From a virus (lineage: Duplodnaviria > Heunggongvirae > Uroviricota > Caudoviricetes), in IMG/VR virus record IMGVR_UViG_3300042331_000303: a stretch of DNA of 64,000 nt, one strand, 5' to 3'. The position numbers were made by a program, and so were the translations under genes. Of this stretch, positions 54,301 through 61,194 are shown in pieces. The notes under the pieces were generated by a model. It saw only the letters and a list, made by a program, of their open reading frames with translations. It made no database searches and was not told the DNA's origin. The number at the start of each line of letters is the position of its first letter. The stretch's first letter is position 1.

Positions 54301-55416
54301 AAAGTCGGTAAGGCTGCCAACCCCCAGCAGTATACGAGCAAGCTCGATGCTTTCTCCGACAAGATCGGTGTTCTTCCCGACCGTGAGGTGGCAGAGCTGG
54401 CAGGCTGCACGCCCGAGAACGTAGGCATGTACCGCAGGAAGAACGGGATCCCTCCCCGAGGGAAACGTGTGGGGTATACGGATCACGTTCACGCCTTGCG
54501 GGAGAAGCTGGGTGTCCTGTCCGATACGGAAGTTGCGGAGATCGTTGGATGCGACCGCGCGGTAGTTGCCCGGGTTCGCGGAGAGCTGGGAATCCCAAGC
54601 GCGCCGCGGAGCCCTCGTCAGCCGAGCAAGCTCGATGCTTTCTCCGACAAGATCGGTGTTCTTCCCGACCGTGAGGTGGCAGAGCTGGCAGGCTGCACGC
54701 CAGAGAACGTGTCGTACTACCGGAAGTCTCGTGGTATCCCTGCGTACTGGCGAGGGAACTCGGAGGCAGTCAACCACGTTGTCGTCTCGGTCGAGGACGT
54801 CGGCGAAGACAAAGTGTGGGACATCGAGGTAGATCACGAGGATCACAACTTCGCGACCGACTCGGGCGTGTTCGTCCACAACTCGCTCTACATGGGGACC
54901 GCGGAGACCGTCCACAAGGTGCTCACCGAGACCGAGGTCGAGCTGGACGACGGCACGACCGACCTGCCGTACATCAACCTGAGCCTCCGCGAAGTTCGAT
55001 CCATGCACACCAACTGGGTGCAGAACGCGGTGGGATTCGAGGCGGGATGGGAGCGCGAGGTCGCGACGTGGCGCGAGAACGGCTTCCTCCTCGAACCGGT
55101 CATGGGCCGCCGCCGCGACTTCCTCGACGGGGAGAACCCCAACGAGATCGTCAACTTCCCCATTCAGGGCGGGGCCGCGGGCCTGATGAACATGGCCATG
55201 CTGGACCTGATTGAGCAGGTCCCGTTCTTCAAGTGGGGCCCCGGTACGGGGGTTATCAACCAGTGCCACGACGCCATCGTACTGGAGGTCCCAGAGAGCG
55301 AGGCTGAATCTGTCGCGGCAGTATTGACAAAGTGCATGGGCCGGATACATCCGGGTCTGCCGGGCGTCGAGTTCTTTGGCGAAGCTGCAATCGGGAGGAC
55401 GTGGAAGGATGTCTGA
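51376..55416 (+). CDS. family-A DNA polymerase with an N-terminal family-4 UDG-like domain, a 3'-5' exonuclease and an intein in motif B
   Basis: GEAPGEHE and HPSF are UDG family 4 motifs. YDTETDG is exo motif I. RLSSSKPINAMNFP and ADANQIDLRVAAA are polymerase motif A. KRVCYA/[intein]/SLYMG together reconstitute motif B. Confidence 0.9.
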   Translation: MSKRPNSMYEPERCGAQCWRCPLHDMRDGVPVPPESNPHATIAIIGEAPGEHEVREGRPFVGPSGTEITQALHNVGILRGQLHIDNVLLCRPPNNKLSAVLAKIQKRNRDIKEENRHRLACGDAPLPMVPTPQECCTPRLFSSIQSYRHIIVAGSVASRALIGPTSIMDLRGGMITAYWHEGRLRLLEPGSEPPPGFPEVKILPTLHPSFVMRARRWTPVFRADLARAARWFNGAIEWEEPVIHYNPPIEFVEAFLSRPEQVWTYDTETDGIEPLTANLRTVQVGTKNEVLIVAYLGVDGSTHFYTPEQEQRLSRAFNGFFANPKTVKFGWNNIAYDSHLIRRFFGVRDIPGHLDGILLHRLKESELPHNLGFVATYYTDAPQWKVDRAGKKRAYGSETDEELWLYGGRDVALTARVLDPLWAAVQVRGQAHLVKPDHQMAQVCAGMKENGMPVDQKRRLWWERMLTIGGTEKKKDGKEKKYIGMFTYLANLRELSGLPNLNPGSVTQLRDLLFERWKLESPLDIEERTTETGDPSTSDTVLRSFLTIPKLDPHHKDFILQLRRYRAVQKKLGTYVVKLRYQEQLAEEGFDDEEEQADRESRLARGDKKFGIVSSVTGRMYPGWNAHVAVTGRLSSSKPINAMNFPSSLKDIVAAPAGRLFVGADANQIDLRVAAARWGCELYLDAFRRGADPHAMTAYMVFGERFKRAQGFAKGRWDGNLFLPDADAKWSGEAKALRDLAKRVCYACARQGTRVVTLGPEGSKPIEQIVPGQDWTWAWSITRQRYEPAKIVAKMQTGVRRLVRIKLRDDRQKGRRKFTEIDLTPDHLCMLRDGTFRAAGNLRPDDRLMPFRRWASSEGYRVLDATNTNTRNGEHRQVLGLEAKVPGHVHHRDRLRCNNAPENLEYVASMSEHSKLHWQEDRESKLTALRLNLPADMQARLAAGRKKSAKWHEAIRREMQDRWNGPRREEAIRKIKVGKAANPQQYTSKLDAFSDKIGVLPDREVAELAGCTPENVGMYRRKNGIPPRGKRVGYTDHVHALREKLGVLSDTEVAEIVGCDRAVVARVRGELGIPSAPRSPRQPSKLDAFSDKIGVLPDREVAELAGCTPENVSYYRKSRGIPAYWRGNSEAVNHVVVSVEDVGEDKVWDIEVDHEDHNFATDSGVFVHNSLYMGTAETVHKVLTETEVELDDGTTDLPYINLSLREVRSMHTNWVQNAVGFEAGWEREVATWRENGFLLEPVMGRRRDFLDGENPNEIVNFPIQGGAAGLMNMAMLDLIEQVPFFKWGPGTGVINQCHDAIVLEVPESEAESVAAVLTKCMGRIHPGLPGVEFFGEAAIGRTWKDV
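53617..54882 (+). mobile_element. intein (422 aa) with an HNH endonuclease domain and three NUMOD-like HTH repeats
   Basis: The intein starts with Cys (CARQG) after AKRVCYA and ends VFVHN before S. The HNH signature HVHHRDRLRCNNAPENLEYV...H is present. Three repeats of about 45 aa read KLDAFSDKIGVLPDREVAELAGCTPENV / LREKLGVLSDTEVAEIVGCDRAVV. An 84-nt direct DNA repeat lies at 54337-54420 and 54627-54710. Confidence 0.75.
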
Positions 55417-55738
55417 TGTCTACATGAAAGTCCGGGCCGCTCTCGACGCGCTCGAAGAGTGGGAAGACGACCTCCGCAAGCGTGCGGGGGAGCAGGAAGA
55501 GGACGAGCAGTCAGCGTCTCACGCCTACGATGAAGAGGAGGCCCACTTCACGGAGTGGGCTGCGGAGCTGCTTGAGCGGGAAGAGCGGCTCACGGTAGCT
55601 CTCGACTGGGCACACGCCCCGAACCCGACGATGGATCGTCCGATGCAGCGGCTCGTCCTTCGGACGCTCCTGTTCGACGTGGCACCTCACGCTCCCTACT
55701 GCCAGATCGAAGCGGCGGCTTCTCGGATGCTGCCGTGA
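55409..55738 (+). CDS. hypothetical acidic protein (109 aa)
   Basis: The ATG at 55409 overlaps the polymerase stop by 8 nt and gives MSDVYMKVRAALDALEEWEDDLRKRAGEQEEDE... Confidence 0.5.
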   Translation: MSDVYMKVRAALDALEEWEDDLRKRAGEQEEDEQSASHAYDEEEAHFTEWAAELLEREERLTVALDWAHAPNPTMDRPMQRLVLRTLLFDVAPHAPYCQIEAAASRMLP

Positions 55739-56145
55739 ACGTCTTCTACGCGCACCGGAAGGGGGACGATACCCTCGCCGTGCAGGAGGCCATCGAGATG
55801 GCGACCGCCCTCATTGGGAACGATGCCATCGTAGTGTCTGGGGTGATCGACCACGAGCGACACTTCTCGCGCTGTGGAGGCTGGAACGGCTGGACGTACG
55901 ACGTGGCGAAGGGCGTGGACTACACCACGCGGAAGCCGCGGTACGACGTGTTTCTGGTCCCCGACATCGACATCGGAAAGGCCACTCGGGACATCATCCA
56001 GCACGCGCTGGACGTGCGGAAGCCCGTCCTGTACTGGCGGCCGGGCGAGAAGCCCCAGACGGTGGTAGCCGTCGCCTCGAACGAGAACGAGAGCTGGGCG
56101 AACGGTTGGTCGCTCGTACTTGACAACCGACAGCCGGGCGGGTAG
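55735..56145 (+). CDS. hypothetical protein (136 aa)
   Basis: ORF track; a GTG start is coupled to the upstream stop. Confidence 0.5.
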   Translation: MNVFYAHRKGDDTLAVQEAIEMATALIGNDAIVVSGVIDHERHFSRCGGWNGWTYDVAKGVDYTTRKPRYDVFLVPDIDIGKATRDIIQHALDVRKPVLYWRPGEKPQTVVAVASNENESWANGWSLVLDNRQPGG

Positions 56146-56148
56146 AAG
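56120..56148 (+). promoter_or_regulatory. promoter TTGACA-N17-TAGAAG
   Basis: TTGACA lies at 56120-56125 and TAGAAG at 56143-56148, just before the ATGs at 56150 and 56157. Confidence 0.4.
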
Positions 56149-56156
56149 TATGTCGA

Positions 56157-56348
56157 ATGGACCAGACACTGAACTTGGCCGAGCTGTTGCATCAGCTCTT
56201 CAGCAAGGGGCACACCCCCGAGACGATCTCCGCTGCTCTGAGCGGGCGAGTCTCGGTCCGAACGGTGTACCGCTGGAAGAAGGGCGAGCACCAGCCGCAG
56301 AACAAGACCGATCTCGAAGCGCTGCGGGAACTCGCCGCGGCGAGCTGA
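56157..56348 (+). CDS. small HTH-like protein (63 aa)
   Basis: Translation gives MDQTLNLAELLHQLFSKGHTPETISAALSGRVSVRTVYRWKKGE. The protein looks globular and HTH-like, unlike the alternative frame. Confidence 0.45.
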   Translation: MDQTLNLAELLHQLFSKGHTPETISAALSGRVSVRTVYRWKKGEHQPQNKTDLEALRELAAAS

Positions 56349-58459
56349 CCGACGAGCAGGCCCGAGTCGCCGCGTGGACCCCCGCGGACGGGAACCTTCG
56401 CGTTGTCGCTGCGGCCGGCGCCGGCAAGACGACGACCCTGGCCCATCTGGTCGCCAACCTCCTCTCGAATCGGATCGTTGTTCCCGAGCGGCTGGTCGCC
56501 ACGACCTTCACGAACAAGGGCGCGGGCGAGCTGAAGGCGCGCATCCAGAAGTACGCTCCGCTCGACCTCCTGAACCGGACGCACATCGGCACCTTCCACG
56601 CGCTCGCTCTCCGGCGGATGCAGACGCTGGAGCCGAAGCGGTGGCCCATGAACCGCAACATCGACCTGCCGGGAAAGTCGCGCGAGGGCGACGTGCCCCA
56701 CGCAGCCGTACTCTGGAAGGCGATCCTCCAGTACGGCTCCATCCCGGGGTCGAAGAAGACCTCCCTCAAGCTCGTCAACACGGACGAGGCCACGCGGAAC
56801 TACTCGACCGCGGTGGGACTCCTGCGGGCGAAGGGCATCACCGACCCCAACGACCCTCGCGTCGCGGCGATGAAGCTCGACGACCTTTCTCTCGCCTACG
56901 CGGCTTTCAACGAGGCGAAGCTCAAGGGCAAGTTCTGGGACTTTGGTGACGTTCTGGCCGCCTATGCGGCGTTCGTGAAGTCTGGCCCGCCATTGGCAGA
57001 CGTGGTGATCGTGGACGAGGCGCAGGACCAGTCGCAGGTTCAGTTGGAGATCGCTTCGGCGCTCGGCAAGAACATCGTCCTCGTGGGGGACGGAGCGCAG
57101 GCCATCTTCCAGTGGGCCGGCGCGTACCCAGCGATCTTCCTCGAAGCCGACAAGCAGCTCCACGCGAAGACCTCGCACCTGTCCTACAACTTCCGGTCGG
57201 TCCCGGAGATCGTGGACCTCGGCAACCGCATCGTGAAGAACTACTCGTGGTCGCTCGACCACGCGATGCTGCCGGTCCATCCGAGCAAGGGCACTGCCCT
57301 GCGCGTCCGTCGCGCCGGACAGAAGGCCGAGGAGGAGGCCAACTGGATCGCTGAGGACGTGAAGCGGCTCCTCTCGGGCCCCGGTGCCCCCAAGCCCGGC
57401 GACGTCACCATCCTCACGCGCACCAACGCGCACCTGTTCGACATCCAAGCCGAGCTGACGCTGCGCGACATCCCGACGGTGGTCATGGGCTCCTCCGGGC
57501 TCTTCGACAGCCGCGAGGCCATGGACGTGCTCTGCTACCTGACGTTGTCCCGCTCGGACAGCCCGGCAGCCATGGGCGCCCTGGATCACGTCCTTGACCG
57601 GCCGAAGCGCTTCCTCGGCAAGGCTGCTGCTGGCCGCATCCGCGAGGAGCTGGGCAAGGTGGGGTCGATCCGGCACGCGCTCCGAAACACCTGCCCGACG
57701 CCGGAGGCGCGGAAGCTGTCGATGCTCTTGGATCAGCTCCGTCGGGCGACGTGGCCGCAAGCCATCGAGCTGGTCGAGACGCTCTTGGTGGACGGGGGCA
57801 AGGAGCGCCGCGAGAACAAGGGTGATCCTGACGAGGACGCGCCTGGCATCTACAAGGCGCTCTGCTCCATCGCCAAGAAGTTCCCGGGGCCCCGCGAGTT
57901 CATCGAGTTCACGGAGAAGTGTACGCGGGGTGGTACGACGGACGACCCGTCCGATCCGGCCAAGGTGGTCCTCTCGACCATCCACAAGTACAAGGGCCGC
58001 GAGAACGGTCACGTCTACGCCCCTGGCACCGAGCAGGTCCTCCCGCACGGGAAGGCCACCAACTCAGACCGGAACCAGATGCGGGGGCCGGACGTCGAGG
58101 GCGAGCTGCGCCTGTTCTACGTGGCCTGCACCCGCGCGAAGGAGAAGCTCACGCTCACCTACTGGGGCAGCGAGCTGGAGAACCGCGGCGTCTCCCGCTT
58201 CGTCCGGGAGTTCTGCCGAGACGCGCTCTCCGACCCCCTCTCCGGGTACATGCAGCGCCCTGTGGTCCCGCTGCTCCAGACGGGCATGTCCGGGGACTTC
58301 GATGACGACGACCACGACCACGACGACGACCCCGCCCTCGGGGGGACTGGCCTCTCCGCCTCCCTCCCCGCCCCTTCCTTCCTCGGCGACTATGACGAGC
58401 GCACGAATGCGCAGATCGAAGCCCTCACTGGCATCAACCTCAACGGACTGCTGAAGTGA
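56342..58459 (+). CDS. UvrD/PcrA-like superfamily-1 helicase (start uncertain)
   Basis: The protein has ELTDEQARVAAW, AAAGAGKTTTL, TFTNKGAGELKARI, VIVDEAQDQS and VGDGAQAIFQWAGA. The helicase-like sequence begins around 56342, and no canonical ATG lies nearby. The in-frame ATG at 56150 would add an Arg-rich, low-complexity N-terminus. Confidence 0.75.
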   Translation, partial: ELTDEQARVAAWTPADGNLRVVAAAGAGKTTTLAHLVANLLSNRIVVPERLVATTFTNKGAGELKARIQKYAPLDLLNRTHIGTFHALALRRMQTLEPKRWPMNRNIDLPGKSREGDVPHAAVLWKAILQYGSIPGSKKTSLKLVNTDEATRNYSTAVGLLRAKGITDPNDPRVAAMKLDDLSLAYAAFNEAKLKGKFWDFGDVLAAYAAFVKSGPPLADVVIVDEAQDQSQVQLEIASALGKNIVLVGDGAQAIFQWAGAYPAIFLEADKQLHAKTSHLSYNFRSVPEIVDLGNRIVKNYSWSLDHAMLPVHPSKGTALRVRRAGQKAEEEANWIAEDVKRLLSGPGAPKPGDVTILTRTNAHLFDIQAELTLRDIPTVVMGSSGLFDSREAMDVLCYLTLSRSDSPAAMGALDHVLDRPKRFLGKAAAGRIREELGKVGSIRHALRNTCPTPEARKLSMLLDQLRRATWPQAIELVETLLVDGGKERRENKGDPDEDAPGIYKALCSIAKKFPGPREFIEFTEKCTRGGTTDDPSDPAKVVLSTIHKYKGRENGHVYAPGTEQVLPHGKATNSDRNQMRGPDVEGELRLFYVACTRAKEKLTLTYWGSELENRGVSRFVREFCRDALSDPLSGYMQRPVVPLLQTGMSGDFDDDDHDHDDDPALGGTGLSASLPAPSFLGDYDERTNAQIEALTGINLNGLLK

Positions 58460-60168
58460 TCTACGCCCGCATCATCACTGGCGACTGCGTGGCCTCCATG
58501 CAGGCTCTCCCCGCCAACTCGGTCGATTCCATCGTGTGCGATCCGCCCTACGGTCTGGAGTTCATGGGGAAGGAGTGGGACAAACTTGACGTGCCGTCGG
58601 ATGCGGATGGCTTTCGTCGGGCAGTCAACGCCGCGGACGCGGGGCGGGACAACGTGTTTGGTCGAGCTTCGAGATCCTCCCCGGAGTACAAGGCGAGCGC
58701 AGCAATGCAGGTCTGGCATGAGGCGTGGCTGCGCGAAGCCCTCCGAGTCCTCAAGCCAGGGGGCCACATCGTAGCGTTCAGCGGAACGCGCACCTCCCAC
58801 CGGCTCGTCTGTGCCGCGGAGGATGCTGGCTTCGAGATCCGCGACAGCCTTGTTTGGATGTATGGATCGGGCTTCCCCAAGAGCCTCAATGTCGGCAAGG
58901 CTGTCGACCGGCGCCTCGGGTTGGAGCGGAAGGTCGTCGGGTACAAGCGGGGGGTCAGGGGAGCGGACGGGACGGGCCACGAGAAGGCGATGCCGGGCAA
59001 GGCTGTCGGAGTCAAGCAGGTGGACTGCGACGTACCCGTGATAGCCCCTGCGACCCCTGAAGCGGCTCAATGGGAAGGCTGGGGAACCGCGCTGAAGCCG
59101 GCGCACGAGCCCATCATGCTCGCGCGGAAGCCCCTCGCAGGAACCGTGGCCGCGAACGTGCTGAAGTGGGGGACTGGAGCCCTCAACATCGACGGATGCC
59201 GGGTCAAGCTCGCTGCCGGAGAAGAGGTCCACGCGCCCCAATCTTCCCCGGCAAACCGAGGAGGGGTCGTTGGTTCAGACCTTGGATTCTCAGAGAACGA
59301 CGCAGACGCTTTCCAGCAGGCGCAGCGTGAGAGCATCGAGCGCACGAACACGCTCGGGCGCTGGCCGCCGAACATCATCCTCTCGCACTCGCCAGACTGT
59401 CGCTGTGTGGGAACCCAGACGATCAAAGGCGACCTCAGAGGACCGGACGAGACTGACGGAGAGCAGGAAGGTGGCTTCGGCGACGTCGGAGCGGCCAAAG
59501 GCGACGGCAAGCCGAACGCGGCGGTCTACGGGAACGAGGAGGTACCAGTCTACGAGTGCGCTCCTGACTGCCCCGTTGCTCTCCTCGATGCACAGAGTGG
59601 CGGCGCTGCCCGGTTCTTCCCTCAGCTCAACTTCGATCCCGAGTACGACCTGCCGGCCTACTACGCGGCCAAGGCCGGGCGGAAAGAGCGCGAGGAGGGC
59701 CTCGAACACCTCAGAGAGGTTGACGCGGAGACGACTGTTCAGCGCAAAGTGGACAGCAAAGGAAGTAAGAACCCACGAGCGGGGTCTGGAAACATCGCAG
59801 GGGGTGAAATCGAGCGGTGTTCAGCGTGCGGGAAAGCTGCGGGCGCGAGTGCCCGACGAGGCATCGAGGCCAAGCCGTGTGAAGGAAACAAAGACGGTAT
59901 CTGCACGCCAGAAGTAGTCGGTGTACGGGAAGGGCGGAAGAACAGCCACCCGACAGTGAAGCCCGTGGCGGTCATGCGCTGGCTCATCCGGCTGGTCACG
60001 CCTCCGGGCGGACTGGTTCTCGACCCGTTCATGGGCTCGGGGACGACCGGGGTCGCGGCCGCGCTCGAAGGGGTTTCGTTCTGCGGCATGGAGCGGGAGG
60101 CGGAGTACGCCGAGATTTCCTTTGGCCGGATCCGGCACCACTCTGGACAGCCGCCTTCGATTGAGTGA
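58456..60168 (+). CDS. DNA methyltransferase (DPPY type, N6-adenine/N4-cytosine family) with a large central insertion
   Basis: CDPPYGLEF lies near the N-terminus and DPFMGSGTTGVAA near the C-terminus. The insertion contains CSACGKAAGASARRGIEAKPCEGNKDGIC. The GTG start overlaps the UvrD stop. Confidence 0.85.
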   Translation: MIYARIITGDCVASMQALPANSVDSIVCDPPYGLEFMGKEWDKLDVPSDADGFRRAVNAADAGRDNVFGRASRSSPEYKASAAMQVWHEAWLREALRVLKPGGHIVAFSGTRTSHRLVCAAEDAGFEIRDSLVWMYGSGFPKSLNVGKAVDRRLGLERKVVGYKRGVRGADGTGHEKAMPGKAVGVKQVDCDVPVIAPATPEAAQWEGWGTALKPAHEPIMLARKPLAGTVAANVLKWGTGALNIDGCRVKLAAGEEVHAPQSSPANRGGVVGSDLGFSENDADAFQQAQRESIERTNTLGRWPPNIILSHSPDCRCVGTQTIKGDLRGPDETDGEQEGGFGDVGAAKGDGKPNAAVYGNEEVPVYECAPDCPVALLDAQSGGAARFFPQLNFDPEYDLPAYYAAKAGRKEREEGLEHLREVDAETTVQRKVDSKGSKNPRAGSGNIAGGEIERCSACGKAAGASARRGIEAKPCEGNKDGICTPEVVGVREGRKNSHPTVKPVAVMRWLIRLVTPPGGLVLDPFMGSGTTGVAAALEGVSFCGMEREAEYAEISFGRIRHHSGQPPSIE

Positions 60169-60174
60169 CCTTCC

Positions 60175-60203
60175 TTGACGGATGACGAACACTTAGATAC
60201 AGG
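60175..60203 (+). promoter_or_regulatory. promoter TTGACG-N17-TACAGG
   Basis: TTGACG lies at 60175-60180 and TACAGG at 60198-60203; the ATG is at 60210. Confidence 0.35.
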
Positions 60204-60209
60204 ACTGAC

Positions 60210-60563
60210 ATGCGCTCCCTCCCGACCCACTCGCCCTCCAACGCTGCCGCTCTCGACCCTCTTGACCCGAAGGCGGGTAGTGCTTCGCACGTCTACGGTG
60301 TCCAGTTCGGTGGCCCGAAGGATGTCCTCCGCATCAGCTTCCAGCACGGAGCCCGCGGGCTCCCGGAATCGACTGCGGGCATCTTCGATGACGACCTGTT
60401 GGCCATCGTTGAAGACCGCCTCGCCTGCTTCCAGGCGGGAGCGTTTGCCTGCAAGGAGAACGCGGAGGCGATCACTGCCGTGCAGGCTGCGCGGAAGGCC
60501 CTCGGGGCGCGGGTCGCGGCGCGAATCGCCAAGGGTGTCCTCGGCGCCAACGAGAAGCACTGA
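60210..60563 (+). CDS. hypothetical protein (117 aa)
   Basis: ORF track. Confidence 0.5.
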   Translation: MRSLPTHSPSNAAALDPLDPKAGSASHVYGVQFGGPKDVLRISFQHGARGLPESTAGIFDDDLLAIVEDRLACFQAGAFACKENAEAITAVQAARKALGARVAARIAKGVLGANEKH

Positions 60564-60814
60564 TGCAGTACCTCCTGACGCAGCAAGAGTACGACAAGCT
60601 GGTGCCCAAGGCTGAGCTGGACAACGCCGAGGCCGCGCTCGAACTTGCTCGGGTGGAGATGCTGCGGCTGGCCAAGTTCACCTGCATCCACAACAATGGG
60701 CAGTCGAGCAGAAACCGAGGTTATTGCGACGCTTGTCCCGCCGGGGACCTCAGCAATCTCCCCTACACGAGCAGCAAGCTCATCTGCACGCTCTCGCGCA
60801 ACTACTCCCAGTAG
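60563..60814 (+). CDS. hypothetical protein (83 aa)
   Basis: The ATG overlaps the upstream stop. The protein contains a CDACPAG motif. Confidence 0.45.
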   Translation: MQYLLTQQEYDKLVPKAELDNAEAALELARVEMLRLAKFTCIHNNGQSSRNRGYCDACPAGDLSNLPYTSSKLICTLSRNYSQ

Positions 60815-60823
60815 GACGGCCCC

Positions 60824-61162
60824 ATGGACGACACCTTCTCCAACCTCCGCGAAGACCCGCTCGGCCAGCCGATGACCGGAGTGCTGCTCCGCTGCGGCGG
60901 CATCGTAGGCCGGGGGTCGTTCTCGCGCCGGATCTGCGGCAAGCCGTTCATCCTCCCCCCGACGTTCCCCGCAGACTGGAAGGCGCTGGTCGACCTGCTC
61001 AAGCCTCACGGCTGGGTCCTCGCGCTGGCGTCTGTGGGCAAGCAGGGCAGCTACATCGACGAGAAGGGCAAGCTCCGCGTCAACGGGGATGCGGTCATGG
61101 ACCCGCTCTGCCCTTCCTGTGCGGCCGCTCTCGTTGAGCGGATGCAGTCCTCCTCTTCGTGA
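60824..61162 (+). CDS. hypothetical protein (112 aa)
   Basis: ORF track; the protein contains CPSCAAAL. Confidence 0.5.
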   Translation: MDDTFSNLREDPLGQPMTGVLLRCGGIVGRGSFSRRICGKPFILPPTFPADWKALVDLLKPHGWVLALASVGKQGSYIDEKGKLRVNGDAVMDPLCPSCAAALVERMQSSSS

Positions 61163-61194
61163 TTCTCCTCCCCACCCTCTGCCGCCAGGTTCTC

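Noticed and set aside
52936-55350. 804-aa minus-strand ORF opposite the DNA polymerase
   Set aside because: It is the antisense of the polymerase and its intein, with no motifs. The plus frame contains the complete set of polymerase A and intein motifs.
56192-58048. 618-aa minus-strand ORF opposite the UvrD-like helicase
   Set aside because: It is an antisense artefact; all seven superfamily-1 helicase motifs are in the plus frame.
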